NCBI RefSeq assembly: GCF_000522505.1
Contig: NZ_AZMV01000001.1
Location: forward strand, 440,905-464,904
Source: Bifidobacterium moukalabense DSM 27321
GTDB taxonomy: Bacteria; Actinomycetota; Actinomycetes; Actinomycetales; Bifidobacteriaceae
Direction: 5' to 3'
DNA length: 24,000 bases
In this document: in pieces, positions 7,720-16,035 of the stretch
Position numbering within the stretch: position 1 is the first letter of the stretch
How the letters are laid out: the number at the start of each line of letters is the position of its first letter
The notes under the pieces: model-generated
The model's input: the letters and a program-made list of their open reading frames with translations, nothing else
Told to the model about the DNA's origin: nothing
Database searches by the model: none
Translations under genes and position numbers: made by a program

Positions 7720-8291
7720 GAGGAGTGATATTCCCGAAGGGAACCTTATACACCCCTAAATCCGTTTTTAGCGAATAACTTTGACGATTGCGTCGGATGA
7801 ATCATTTGTTGTGAATGACTTGCCCCATATCGACCCCAAAGTCATCCGCAACACATCGAGGAGGACGTCGCACCGTCCGCGTCCTTTGAGCATCGCCGCC
7901 ACCGCACAGACATGTACCGCGACTCGCGTCGGACCTTCGACCGGTTCCTACGACGATGAGCTCGAGCGTGTCGGGTGGCAACGGCCGATGAGATGGAGAT
8001 GCCGAAAGCGGGAGTGCCGCTCATGCCGGTGTCTGCCATAATGGTTGCCGCGCTAGTTGCGGGAGCGTTCATGCCGTTTGCCGTACGGCGTCGGTAAGGG
8101 GTATTCCGTCCATATGTGATGGGGGTATCAAACAGGGGTTTTCCGATACCCTCCAAAAGTGTTCAAGCATATGGCTTCAATACAGGGGAATCGTTGATTT
8201 TAAGCCGCAAACGAACGTTTTTTTACTACCGACGAATTCACATTTTTACCTATTTACAATCATGGCGTTGTCGTTTTGATTGGAGGAAACA

Positions 8292-10061
8292 ATGACAGAC
8301 GAAAACGAGAATGCCCAGCGTCAGGATCTGACCGATTCCCCGCACTACCTTGCACGGGTGCTGATGGAGAACGGCATCAGGAACATGTACGGTGTGGTCG
8401 GTATCCCGGTCACCGACTTCGCCCGCATCGCCCAAGGCATGGGCATGCGCTTCATCGGCATGCGCCATGAGGAGGATGCGGTCAACGCGGCCGCGGCCGA
8501 TGGATTCATCACCGGCAGGCCGTCGGTGGCCCTGACCGTGTCCGCCCCAGGCTTCCTCAACGGCCTGCCGGCATTGCTTGAGGCGACCATGAACGGTTAT
8601 CCGGTCATTATGATCGGCGGCTCGTCCACCCGTCACGTCGTGGATCTTTCCGAAGGCGAATATGAGGGCCTTGACCAGATGAGCTATGCCAAGCAGTTCT
8701 GCAAGGCGTCGTTCCGTGTGGACAGGATCGAGGATATTCCGCTGGTCGTGGCACGCGCCATGCACATCGCCTCCTCCGGTCGCCCGGGTGCCGTGTACAT
8801 CGATTTCCCGGATGACACCGTCGCACAGACGCTGAGCCAGGATGATGCCGATAAGCTGCTGTGGACCGCCACCGATCCGGCTCCGTCCATGCCGCCGGCA
8901 CGCGAATCCATTGATGCGGCGCTGGAGCTGCTTCGCCAGGCCAAGCATCCGCTGATGGTCATCGGCAAGGGTGCGGCAATCGCGCACGCCGAAGAGGAAG
9001 TGCGTGAATTCGTCAAGAAGACCGACATTCCGTTCCAGCCGATGTCCATGGCCAAGGGCGTGATTCCGGACGATGATCCGCACAGCACCGCCAGCTGCCG
9101 CTCCCTGGCCCTGGGCAACGCCGATGTGGTGCTGCTGGTGGGCGCGCGCCTCAACTGGATGCTCTCCTTCGGTCAGGGCAAGCTGTGGAACAAGGACGTG
9201 AAGTTCATCCAGATCGACATCGATCCGGAAGAGATCGAGAACGCCCGTAAGATCGCCGTTCCGGTGGTCGGAGACATCAGGTCCGCCATGACCATGCTCA
9301 ACGGTTCGCTGGCTGAGTTCCCGTTCAAGGCCTCCGAGGAATGGCTCGGCATGCTGAAGGAAGCCGGCGCCAAGAACGTGGCCAAGTTCGCGGCGAAGGA
9401 AAACTCCGATCAGGTGCCGATGGGTCATTACAACGCACTTGGCGCCATCAAGAAGGTCTACGACCGTTACCATGAGGACCTCATCCTCACCAATGAGGGA
9501 GCCAACTCGCTGGACGACTGCCGTAACATCATCAACATGTACGAGCCGCGTCATCGTCTGGACTGCGGTACGTGGGGCGTCATGGGCTGCGGCACCGGCT
9601 ATGCCATCGGCGCGGCGGTCTCCACCGGCAAGAAGGTGCTGTACGTGGGCGGTGACTCCGCCTTCGGCTTCGACGGCATGGAAGTGGAAGTGGCCTGCCG
9701 CTACAACCTGCCGATCACCTTCGTGGTGCTCAACAACGGCGGCATCTATCGTGGCGACTTCGAGAACCTCGGCAATGACGGCGATCCGTCTCCTCTGACC
9801 CTGACCTATGAGGCCCACTACGAGAAGATGATCGAAGCCTTCGGCGGCAAGGGCTATTACGCCACCACCCCTGAGGACGTCGAGAAGATGGTCGGCGAGG
9901 CCGTTGAATCCGGACGTCCGAGCTTCGTGCACGTGCAGATTGCACAATATGCGGGCAAGGAATCCGGCAACATCGGTGCACTGAACCCGAAGCCAGTGGT
10001 CGGTCCTCTGGTTGATTCCGAAGTCACCTCTCACGACTACGTCTCCGGCGCACGCATGTAA
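8292..10061 (+). CDS. oxc: Oxalyl-CoA decarboxylase (ThDP-dependent)
   Basis: A GGAGGA Shine-Dalgarno (8282-8287) precedes the ATG at 8292. The product has a ThDP-enzyme fold with N-terminal GIRNMYGVVGIPVTDFA, the ThDP-binding motif GGDSAFGFDGMEVEVACRYNLPITFVVLNNGG and the Oxc-like tail IGALNPKP. The gene is adjacent to frc. Confidence 0.9.
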   Translation: MTDENENAQRQDLTDSPHYLARVLMENGIRNMYGVVGIPVTDFARIAQGMGMRFIGMRHEEDAVNAAAADGFITGRPSVALTVSAPGFLNGLPALLEATMNGYPVIMIGGSSTRHVVDLSEGEYEGLDQMSYAKQFCKASFRVDRIEDIPLVVARAMHIASSGRPGAVYIDFPDDTVAQTLSQDDADKLLWTATDPAPSMPPARESIDAALELLRQAKHPLMVIGKGAAIAHAEEEVREFVKKTDIPFQPMSMAKGVIPDDDPHSTASCRSLALGNADVVLLVGARLNWMLSFGQGKLWNKDVKFIQIDIDPEEIENARKIAVPVVGDIRSAMTMLNGSLAEFPFKASEEWLGMLKEAGAKNVAKFAAKENSDQVPMGHYNALGAIKKVYDRYHEDLILTNEGANSLDDCRNIINMYEPRHRLDCGTWGVMGCGTGYAIGAAVSTGKKVLYVGGDSAFGFDGMEVEVACRYNLPITFVVLNNGGIYRGDFENLGNDGDPSPLTLTYEAHYEKMIEAFGGKGYYATTPEDVEKMVGEAVESGRPSFVHVQIAQYAGKESGNIGALNPKPVVGPLVDSEVTSHDYVSGARM

Positions 10062-10077
10062 CTAGGTGAGTGCAAGT

Positions 10078-10115
10078 CCGCGGGCGCGCGACTGGTGGAA
10101 TGCGTGCGCCCGCGG
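10078..10115 (+). terminator. GC-rich intercistronic stem-loop between oxc and the permease gene (attenuator, terminator or processing element)
   Basis: ccgcgggcgcgcg (10078-10090) pairs with cgtgcgcccgcgg (10103-10115) with one mismatch and a 12-nt loop. There is no U-tail. Confidence 0.35.
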
Positions 10116-10145
10116 GTCTGTGCTCCAGATTGAAAGAACTGAATA

Positions 10146-11222
10146 ATGGTAAATATTCTGATAAACGACATTGTGCCGATCATCGTCATCATGGCACTGG
10201 GTTACGTCTGTGGCAAATTCAGTTACTTTGACGACGATCAGCGTCAGGGACTCAACAAAGTGGTGCTTAACATCGCCCTTCCTGCGGCACTGTTCGTCTC
10301 CATCATCAAGGCCACCCGCGAAATGCTCGCACAGGACGCAACGCTGACCGCCATCGGTTTCATCGGCGTCATCGTCATGTTCATGGTCTGCTACTACCTG
10401 TGCCGCCTGCTGTTTCACCGCAGCATCCAGGAAGCGGCCGTCGCCGCGCTGATTGCAGGCTCTCCGACCATCGGATTCCTTGGATTCGCAGTGCTCGACC
10501 CGATCTACGGCGACACCGTGAGCACGAATCTGGTCATCGCCATCATCTCCATCGTCGTCAACGCCGTGACCATTCCTATCGGCATGTACCTGATCAACCT
10601 CGGCCAGGCCAAGGACCGTGCGAAACTGTCCGCCGAAGCCGTGGTCGATGTGAAGGGCGATGTCACGGTCGATCCGTCCAAGGATGCCAAGGCGGATAAG
10701 GACGCCGAGCTTTTGGTGCATGGTTCCTCGAATGCGGGCAAGAAGAAGAACGGCAACCTGCAGGCGCTGCTCAACGCATTGAAGCAGCCGGTGTGCTGGG
10801 CTCCGTTGCTGGCCATCATCCTGGTGCTGCTGGGCGTTCACGTGCCGGACCAGGTGGCTCCGACCTTCGACCTGATCGCCAAGGCCAACTCCGGTGTGGC
10901 CGTGCTCGCCGCCGGTCTGGCACTGTCCACCGTGAAGTTCTCGCTCGGATGGGAAACCATCTGGAACACGTTCTTCCGTCTGATCCTCACCCCGGCCGTG
11001 TTTCTGGGCGTCGGCCTGCTGTGCGGCATGGGCAGCGATCCGGACAAGATCTCCATGCTGGTCATGGCTGTGGCATTGCCGCCGGCCTTCTCCGGTATCA
11101 TCATTTCCAGCCGCTACAACATCTATGTCAAGGAAGGCGCTTCGACCACGGCCGTTTCGACCGTCGTGTTCGCGGTCACCTGCCTGCTGTGGATCTGGCT
11201 CGTGCCGTTCTGCGTGCACTGA
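10146..11222 (+). CDS. AEC-family (auxin efflux carrier/Mem_trans) permease; a candidate oxalate/formate-linked transporter by context
   Basis: The 358-aa product has two 5-TM halves separated by a charged loop (GQAKDRAKLSAEAVVDVKGD...KKKNGN). The N-terminus MVNILINDIVPIIVIMALGYVCGKF...LNIALPAALF is typical of PF03547. The substrate assignment is inference from the position between oxc and frc. Confidence 0.85.
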   Translation: MVNILINDIVPIIVIMALGYVCGKFSYFDDDQRQGLNKVVLNIALPAALFVSIIKATREMLAQDATLTAIGFIGVIVMFMVCYYLCRLLFHRSIQEAAVAALIAGSPTIGFLGFAVLDPIYGDTVSTNLVIAIISIVVNAVTIPIGMYLINLGQAKDRAKLSAEAVVDVKGDVTVDPSKDAKADKDAELLVHGSSNAGKKKNGNLQALLNALKQPVCWAPLLAIILVLLGVHVPDQVAPTFDLIAKANSGVAVLAAGLALSTVKFSLGWETIWNTFFRLILTPAVFLGVGLLCGMGSDPDKISMLVMAVALPPAFSGIIISSRYNIYVKEGASTTAVSTVVFAVTCLLWIWLVPFCVH

Positions 11223-11240
11223 ACCGTTTCGTGAATCTGC

Positions 11241-11275
11241 AAGGCCCTGTACCTTTCGGTGCAGGGGCCTTGTTG
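11241..11275 (+). terminator. Imperfect hairpin after the permease gene
   Basis: aaggccctgtacc, a tttc loop, then ggtgcaggggcctt, followed by tgtt. The stem has one bulge and one G-U pair, and the U-tract is weak. Confidence 0.35.
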
Positions 11276-11846
11276 CATTGTGGGGCCTGGGTATGCGTGG
11301 GAAGATTAGGACTGCATCAAGCCCCTGTACCTTTTCGGCTTGATCCACTTGACGGTGATGGTGCGCTTCGCTTCATGGTAGGGAAGCCGCCGAACCGGAT
11401 TATGCCGGATTGCTCCGGAGATATCGAAGGGACTGGAGCCGCTGAGGAGAGGGATGGGGTTCCTTCATCGCCGTCGGTCATGCACGATCCGCCGGAAATG
11501 GTTGTATTGGCGATCGTGCGCGATCGCTCCTTCAAGACCCGTGGCCTTGATCTCCAAAAAGCGCTGTTTTCCAAGGACCACAAGCTGCCTGGAGGATCAA
11601 TATATTGAGATGGAGAGCACCCGTCGTGCACGGTTTTATGGGAAGGGCCGTTTGACGAATCATGCACGAACGATGCCATGATGACGGCGCGTGATAGGCG
11701 CGCAATCGTGCGTGATCGCCTATCGGAAGCGATTTGTCCGGCTCGGTGCGGGAAGGTCCCTCGTAGCAGGCGTGCATATAGAAGAGCGGAACTGACGTGG
11801 CGGTAGAGGCAAACCATATAGCTAGGCATATAAAGGATGGGGATAT

Positions 11847-11879
11847 GAAAAGAGGGCCGAATCGGAAGGATTCGACCCC
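11847..11879 (-). terminator. Rho-independent terminator of frc
   Basis: The minus strand reads ggggtcgaatcc ttcc gattcggccc tcttttc. This is a 10-bp stem with one G-U pair followed by a T-rich tail, 28 nt past the frc stop. Confidence 0.5.
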
Positions 11880-11906
11880 GCGGAAAGTCGTGACGAGCGG
11901 CAAAGG

Positions 11907-13217
11907 CTACTTCAGATCGGCCTTCACTCCGTCATTGCTGCCGATGACACCGTTGGAAAGCAGCTCGGAGATCTGGTCATCGCTATAGCCCAGGCCCTTG
12001 AGGATCTCTTCGTTGTTCTCGCCAAGCTTCGGTGCGCGCTGATAGTCAGGCGTGAAGTTGCTCATGGTGAACGGCATGCCGATGGTCTTGAAGTCGCCAC
12101 GGGCATCCTGCTGATCGATGGTGACGATGGTGCCGTCATCGTTCAGGTCCGGATCGTTCTCCAGCTCATACCAATCCAGCACCGGGCCGACCGGAACGCC
12201 CTTGGCGCCCAGTTCCTTGGTCAGCGTGTACTTGTCGTACTGCATGGTGTATTCCTCGACGCGCTTGTACACCTCCTCCTTATGCTCATCACGAGCGTTG
12301 GCGGTGTTGAAGCGCGGATCGGTGATCCAATCCTCGAAGCCCATGGCGTGGCAGAAGTTCTCGAAGCCCTTCTTGGACTGCTGAATCACGATGTATACAT
12401 AGGCGTTCTGGTCGGTCTCCCAGCCCTTGGCGCGGTAGCACCAGCCGAGCACCAGGCCGCCTTCGGCGTTGGCCGCACGCGGAATGGCCTTGCCCCACTT
12501 GTAGTTCGGATAGCAGTCGTAATAGGAGAGCTTGCCGAGACGATCGAGGATCAGCTGATCACGCAGCTTGACACGGCACAGGTTCAGCACGGCGTTCTGC
12601 ATGGACTGATAGACGTAGCAGCCCTCGCCGGTGCGCTGGCGCTGCAGCAGTGCGGACAGGATGGCGATCAGCAGATGCATGCCACTGTTGGAATCGCCCA
12701 AAGCCGCACCGGACTGGGTCGGCACATTGTGTTCGCCGTCATACCAGCCGGTGGTGGAGGCCGCGCCGCCGGCGCTTTGAGCCACGGGCTCGAAGGCCTT
12801 GACGTGTTCGAAGCGGCTGCCCTTGTTGAATCCCTTAAGGGACGCCATAATGCAGCGAGGATTGATCTTATGCACTTCGTCCCAGCCGAAACCGAGCTTC
12901 TCGACGTCTCCAGGGCCGATGTTCTCGACGAAGACGTCGGCATCCTTCAGCAGATCGGTGAGGATCTTCTTGCCTTCCGGATCCTTCATGTTCAGCGTGA
13001 TGGACTTCTTGTTGGCATTGAGCTGAAGGAAGTACAGGGAATAAGATCCGTCCACGTCGTTCATTTCGTTACGCGTCGGGTCTCCGCCCTGAACCTTCTC
13101 CACCTTGATGACTTCGGCGCCCATCCAGGCGAGCATCTGTGTGCAGGAAGGACCGGACTGCACCTGCGTCCAATCGATAACCTTGATTCCTGCCAGAGGA
13201 GCGGTATCTTGTGTCAT
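11907..13217 (-). CDS. frc: Formyl-CoA:oxalate CoA-transferase (family III CoA-transferase)
   Basis: The 436-aa product starts MTQDTAPLAGIKVIDWTQVQSGPSCTQMLAWMGAEVIKVE, the CaiB/BaiF family N-terminus, and has Frc-like length and a glycine-rich loop region. An AAGGAGG Shine-Dalgarno lies 5 nt upstream of the start. The gene is linked to oxc. Confidence 0.9.
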   Translation of the reverse strand: MTQDTAPLAGIKVIDWTQVQSGPSCTQMLAWMGAEVIKVEKVQGGDPTRNEMNDVDGSYSLYFLQLNANKKSITLNMKDPEGKKILTDLLKDADVFVENIGPGDVEKLGFGWDEVHKINPRCIMASLKGFNKGSRFEHVKAFEPVAQSAGGAASTTGWYDGEHNVPTQSGAALGDSNSGMHLLIAILSALLQRQRTGEGCYVYQSMQNAVLNLCRVKLRDQLILDRLGKLSYYDCYPNYKWGKAIPRAANAEGGLVLGWCYRAKGWETDQNAYVYIVIQQSKKGFENFCHAMGFEDWITDPRFNTANARDEHKEEVYKRVEEYTMQYDKYTLTKELGAKGVPVGPVLDWYELENDPDLNDDGTIVTIDQQDARGDFKTIGMPFTMSNFTPDYQRAPKLGENNEEILKGLGYSDDQISELLSNGVIGSNDGVKADLK

Positions 13218-13751
13218 TGTGACCTCCTTGTTGTAGTCAGCGAGGTCAATGTATCCCGCTGAACCTTGGAAATTTCAGGGATTTCAGCCTACAGAAACAA
13301 CCTTCGGCTTTAGGTGAATCACGGAGCGTGGGAGTACCCCCGACAAGTATGGGGATACAGAGATGCGGCGACAGGGATGACAAGGCTTTTGGATTGCCGG
13401 TGAAGAGGCCGTCGGAAGTCGTTCGTCTTATTTTCGGTCTTCCCGTGGAAGGAAAGAGAAAGGAAAGAACCGGGATCAAAAGGTCAAGACTTAACCTTGA
13501 CGGGTTTGTGACCATGATGGACAGCATATATTTTCCGCATTATCGGGTTGATGATTCGACCGATAGGGAATAATCTGATTACACGAATATCGACGATGAA
13601 GTCTTTGACATAGGCAGGGCAGGGGAATATTCAAATAAAACACATGCTTGACATTCTTTGGATCGTTCATTGGGAATCGAAATTTAGTATGAAGATGTAT
13701 GCCGATAATTTGCCCTTTCAAAAATGCATGTCAATAACAAGGGTGAAATAA

Positions 13752-14532
13752 ATGTCAATTTTAAGTGAAAAGCAGATAAAGTACGGATTCGATTATCATC
13801 ATAAAGATGAACCGCATCCCAAAGATATTGTGGAAGTGTCGGAATATAACGGTGAAAACGCATTGACAATAAACTGTACCCAATTGGATGGCGTCTCTGC
13901 AGTCCGATACAGGACTTCGAAAGAGAGAAGGCGAGTTCTGCAAGAATGGTGCGATTTCCTGTTGCGCAATACAACCGCATTTACGGAGTTGTCATTTGGA
14001 ACAAGGATGCCTCAGGAGTTATTCGATGCCGTCTGTGCACAACGAAATCTTAAGAAACTATACATAAAATGGGGCGTATATCCTGACATCTCCAAGATCT
14101 CAGATCTTGAAGAACTCGAATGTTTGCATATAGGATCCGGTGCAGGCGTACAAAGCATAGAGCCTATCGCGCACTTAAAAAAATTTAGTTGCTTTGTCAA
14201 TTGAAAACTTTCAGAAAATCAATGATTATAGCTTGCTTAACGGATTGGAAAACTTAGAGAGTCTTTCCATTGAAGGCGATAGTCTGAGTCCTCAATATAT
14301 CCATGTGGAGTCATTGGATTTTTTGCACAGTATGAATCAACCACGATTTTTCAGGTTTGTGACTGTACGACTAAGGAGCAAGGATTATACTCCCGTCTTA
14401 AGTCTTAAGAATGTCGAACACTTGAGTTTAAGGCCATGCAAAGAGGTAAAAGAACTATATAGCGACATAATCGGATTACCTAATTTGAAGTACGGTTTGT
14501 TGATTGATAGGCCGGAACTTTATGTGAAATAG
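13752..14532 (+). pseudogene. Cytoplasmic leucine-rich-repeat (LRR) protein split by a +1 frameshift in an A7 run (14177-14183)
   Basis: ORFs 13752..14204 and 14194..14532 join seamlessly if one A is removed, giving ...SIEPIAHLK|NLVALSIENFQKINDYSLLNGLENLESLSIEGD... with regular LxxLxxLxL repeats. The total is 259 aa and there is no signal peptide. Confidence 0.6.
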
Positions 14533-14780
14533 CCAATACACCATTCATTCGTCCTACTGTTCATCGGTGAGGATGCCTTGGCCCGCCTTGATGGACGGCG
14601 AGCAGTGCCAGACACGGTCCTTGCCATGTTCCTTTATTCGCACTCCGTTCATTGACGAGAGAGATTTCATTTGCTACAATAGTATAGAAATTGACCGTAA
14701 AGGAATGTACGAATACGGAGACCGATGAATGACGAAAGAGGATAAAAAAGAACGCATACCTATACTGCAAGTTTCGGGAC

Positions 14781-15185
14781 ATGCAGTTTGCCATGTATGA
14801 CGCGTATGCGAAACGGCACGGGATGCTGATGAAAACGCTGCTTGTCGTAAACGCAGTGTTCTATGCCACGGATGGCCTGACGCAGCGGAATATTTGCGAC
14901 AAAACCTTCCAATCAAAGCAATCGGTAAATCTTGTCATTAAAAACCTGCTTGTAGATGGCCACGTCACCGTAACGGAAGTGCCGGAGAACAAGCGAACGA
15001 AGATCGTGCGAATGACCGAATCGGGCCGTACTTATTATGAAAAGGTCGTACGGCATATCACATGGGCTGAAGATACTGCCATGAGTATGTTCACGCCAGA
15101 AGAGCAACGGCAGCTTATCGATCTGTCCCGCACCTTTACATGCAATCTTGAGAAACTGATAACGAACGAAACGGAAGAGGTCTGA
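14781..15185 (+). CDS. MarR-family transcriptional regulator
   Basis: The winged-helix core GLTQRNICDKTFQSKQSVNLVIKNLLVDGHVTVTEVPENKRTKIVRMTESGRTYYEKV is present. The gene ends 1 nt before the nitroreductase start. The true N-terminus may begin at 14729 in another frame (see findings). Confidence 0.8.
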   Translation: MQFAMYDAYAKRHGMLMKTLLVVNAVFYATDGLTQRNICDKTFQSKQSVNLVIKNLLVDGHVTVTEVPENKRTKIVRMTESGRTYYEKVVRHITWAEDTAMSMFTPEEQRQLIDLSRTFTCNLEKLITNETEEV

Positions 15186-15186
15186 A

Positions 15187-15814
15187 ATGGAGTTCTACGA
15201 TGTAATCAACAAGAGAAGAACCGTCAGAGAGTTTCTGGACAAAGAGGTCGGTTTTGAAACGGTCAAACGGATCCTGGAAGCAGGTTATAAAACTCCGACA
15301 TGGAACCATAATCGCAACTGGCATTTCATCATTTTGAAAACAGATGAAGAGAAAGAAGCCATTCTTGAATATGCAAAGAAAAAATCCTCTAAATTTGACG
15401 AGGAAAAGTATTTGAATATCCCGAGGCCCTATCCGATTACGCTCGGTCAAAAAATGTTCGCTCATGCCATGCCGAGGCAGTATTCCATGTTGGAAGATGC
15501 GCCGTACGTCATCATTCCCGTATTTCGGTCAAAGGATGTCAGCGGCGGAAGTTTTTCCAAGCTTAATCCTTTTGCTACGATTTGGTGCTCCATAGAAAAC
15601 ATATTCCTTGCCGCAACCGCCGAAGGATTGGCCTGCTCCATGAGGATTCCGGCCAACGAGGAGCATGACGATGTAAAAAAAGAAGCTGAAAGTGCCGGCA
15701 ACCTACATGATGCCCGTTTTCATCGGGATTGGTTATGCCGACCCCAGCGAAAAGGAATTGGAGCAAACCGCCCCTGATTTTGAGAAACAGCTACATTTCG
15801 GCAGTTGGAAATAA
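15187..15814 (+). pseudogene. Nitroreductase-family protein with a +1 frameshift in an A7 run (15675-15681)
   Basis: The N-terminus MEFYDVINKRRTVREFLDKEV...AGYKTPTWNHNRNWHFIIL is typical of PF00881. After DDVKK the track frame becomes non-homologous. The +1 frame instead reads KLKVPATYMMPVFIGIGYADPSEKELEQTAPDFEKQLHFGSWK*, a typical C-terminus with its stop at 15812-15814. Confidence 0.75.
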
Positions 15815-16035
15815 TTGAATATTTAAGTGGTGATTTATTTTATAGAATTTAATGATGCAATTAATAACGAAGAACAATCTGTGAATGGACTGGCCGTAAT
15901 GTTGATTTCGATATCGTCAAGCGGATTATTGAAGCCGACATGAAAGCTTTCTCTTAGGATCACTGCCGTGTCCGGCGGTTTATTGTGCTCCGCACGAGAG
16001 GGGAATAAGCATATTCGCATGAGAGGCTGGTGACT

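Noticed and set aside
5340-7778. Several + strand ORFs (175-225 aa) overlapping glgE
   Set aside because: They are R/G/A/V-rich shadow frames of the GlgE gene with no domains.
7781-8156. 86-aa (+) and 104-aa (-) ORFs in the glgE-oxc spacer
   Set aside because: They are R/S/T/C-rich, mutually overlapping, with no Shine-Dalgarno and no domain. They are probably GC-driven open frames.
8250-10034. 594-aa ORF antisense to oxc
   Set aside because: Its composition is extreme (H/R/G/D/V-rich, repetitive) with no recognisable domain. The opposite strand encodes an unmistakable ThDP enzyme. This is a typical shadow ORF of a high-GC gene.
10062-11348. 428-aa ORF antisense to the AEC permease
   Set aside because: It is D/G/H/R-rich low-complexity sequence with no family resemblance, and the + strand product is a clear 10-TM transporter.
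5402-11867. Identical 13-mer ggccgaatcggaa in two terminator hairpins (5402-5414 and 11855-11867), possibly a REP-like family
   Set aside because: A rough estimate gives a few identical 13-mer pairs by chance in a 24-kb window. Only the shared hairpin context is suggestive, and two copies are not enough to call a repeat family.
11317-11903. ORFs of 170 aa and 123 aa on the minus strand (and 75 aa on the + strand) in the permease-frc spacer
   Set aside because: The translations are S/R/P-rich nonsense-like sequences without start-site support, so the region is treated as non-coding or decayed (see findings).
12282-13262. 326-aa ORF antisense to frc
   Set aside because: It is a shadow ORF: no motifs are present, and the minus strand encodes a well-conserved family III CoA-transferase with a strong Shine-Dalgarno.
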